From assembly GCA_052327205.1 (NCBI GenBank), contig CM126208.1, positions 255,998,001 to 256,062,000 of the forward strand: 64,000 bases of DNA, given 5' to 3'. This document shows positions 63,736 to 64,000 of this stretch, in pieces. This DNA comes from Somniosus microcephalus. Its lineage: Eukaryota. The notes beneath the pieces were generated by a model. The model saw only the letters and a program-made list of their open reading frames with translations, made no database searches and was not told the origin of the DNA. The stretch's first letter is position 1, and the number at the start of each line of letters is the position of its first letter. The translations under genes were made by a program, and so were the position numbers.

Positions 63736-63965
63736 ACATGATTTGCCTTTAACAAATCCATCTAGCTGTCCCTTAATAACCCACGCTTCTCCAAGTAAGA
63801 TCTAATGTTGTCCTTGACAATGATCTCTAGTAGTTTTCCCACCACTGATATGATTGGCCTGTAGTTACCAGGTTTATCCCTCTCCCTTTTTTTTAGCAGG
63901 GGTGTAACATTTGCAATCCTCCAGTCCTCTGGCAGCACTCCCATATCCAAGGAGGATTGAAGGGT
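63736..63965 (-). mobile_element. CR1 RT internal fragment
   Basis: PEDWRIANVTPL...PGNYRP. Confidence 0.85.
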
Positions 63966-64000
63966 TGTGCAATGATTCCTTTAAGCTGCGCAGCTGTATG

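Overview
This 64 kb window is eukaryotic, transposon-saturated, non-coding DNA, almost certainly from a cartilaginous fish (shark). The basis is about 12 SacSINE1-type DeuSINEs, LF-SINE relics and abundant HER1/CR1-type LINEs. No host protein-coding exon could be supported, and nearly all ORFs in the track are TE fragments or antisense noise. Main elements: two near-full-length, inverted CR1 LINEs of one family with unrelated 5' tandem monomer arrays (72 bp x6 and 47 bp x~14); a complete PIF/Harbinger transposon plus partial and non-autonomous copies; a complete 4.45 kb CsRn1-like Gypsy LTR element (tRNA-Trp PBS, CTTA TSD); a 1.56 kb solo LTR; and a near-complete Penelope-like element whose family tail carries minimal hammerhead ribozymes. 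Smaller elements include Rex1/Babar, RTE, L2 and a second CR1-group lineage, and a Tigger-like MITE with a G-rich satellite. A 10 kb four-level nest (19.5-29.7 kb) appears to record a ~4 kb deletion at a CR1 5' junction. TE-free islands (0.6-3.2, 12.5-14.8, 18-19 and 58.3-60.4 kb) are candidate cis-regulatory DNA. Family names come from recalled consensus features, not database searches, and fragment boundaries are approximate unless a TSD is cited.
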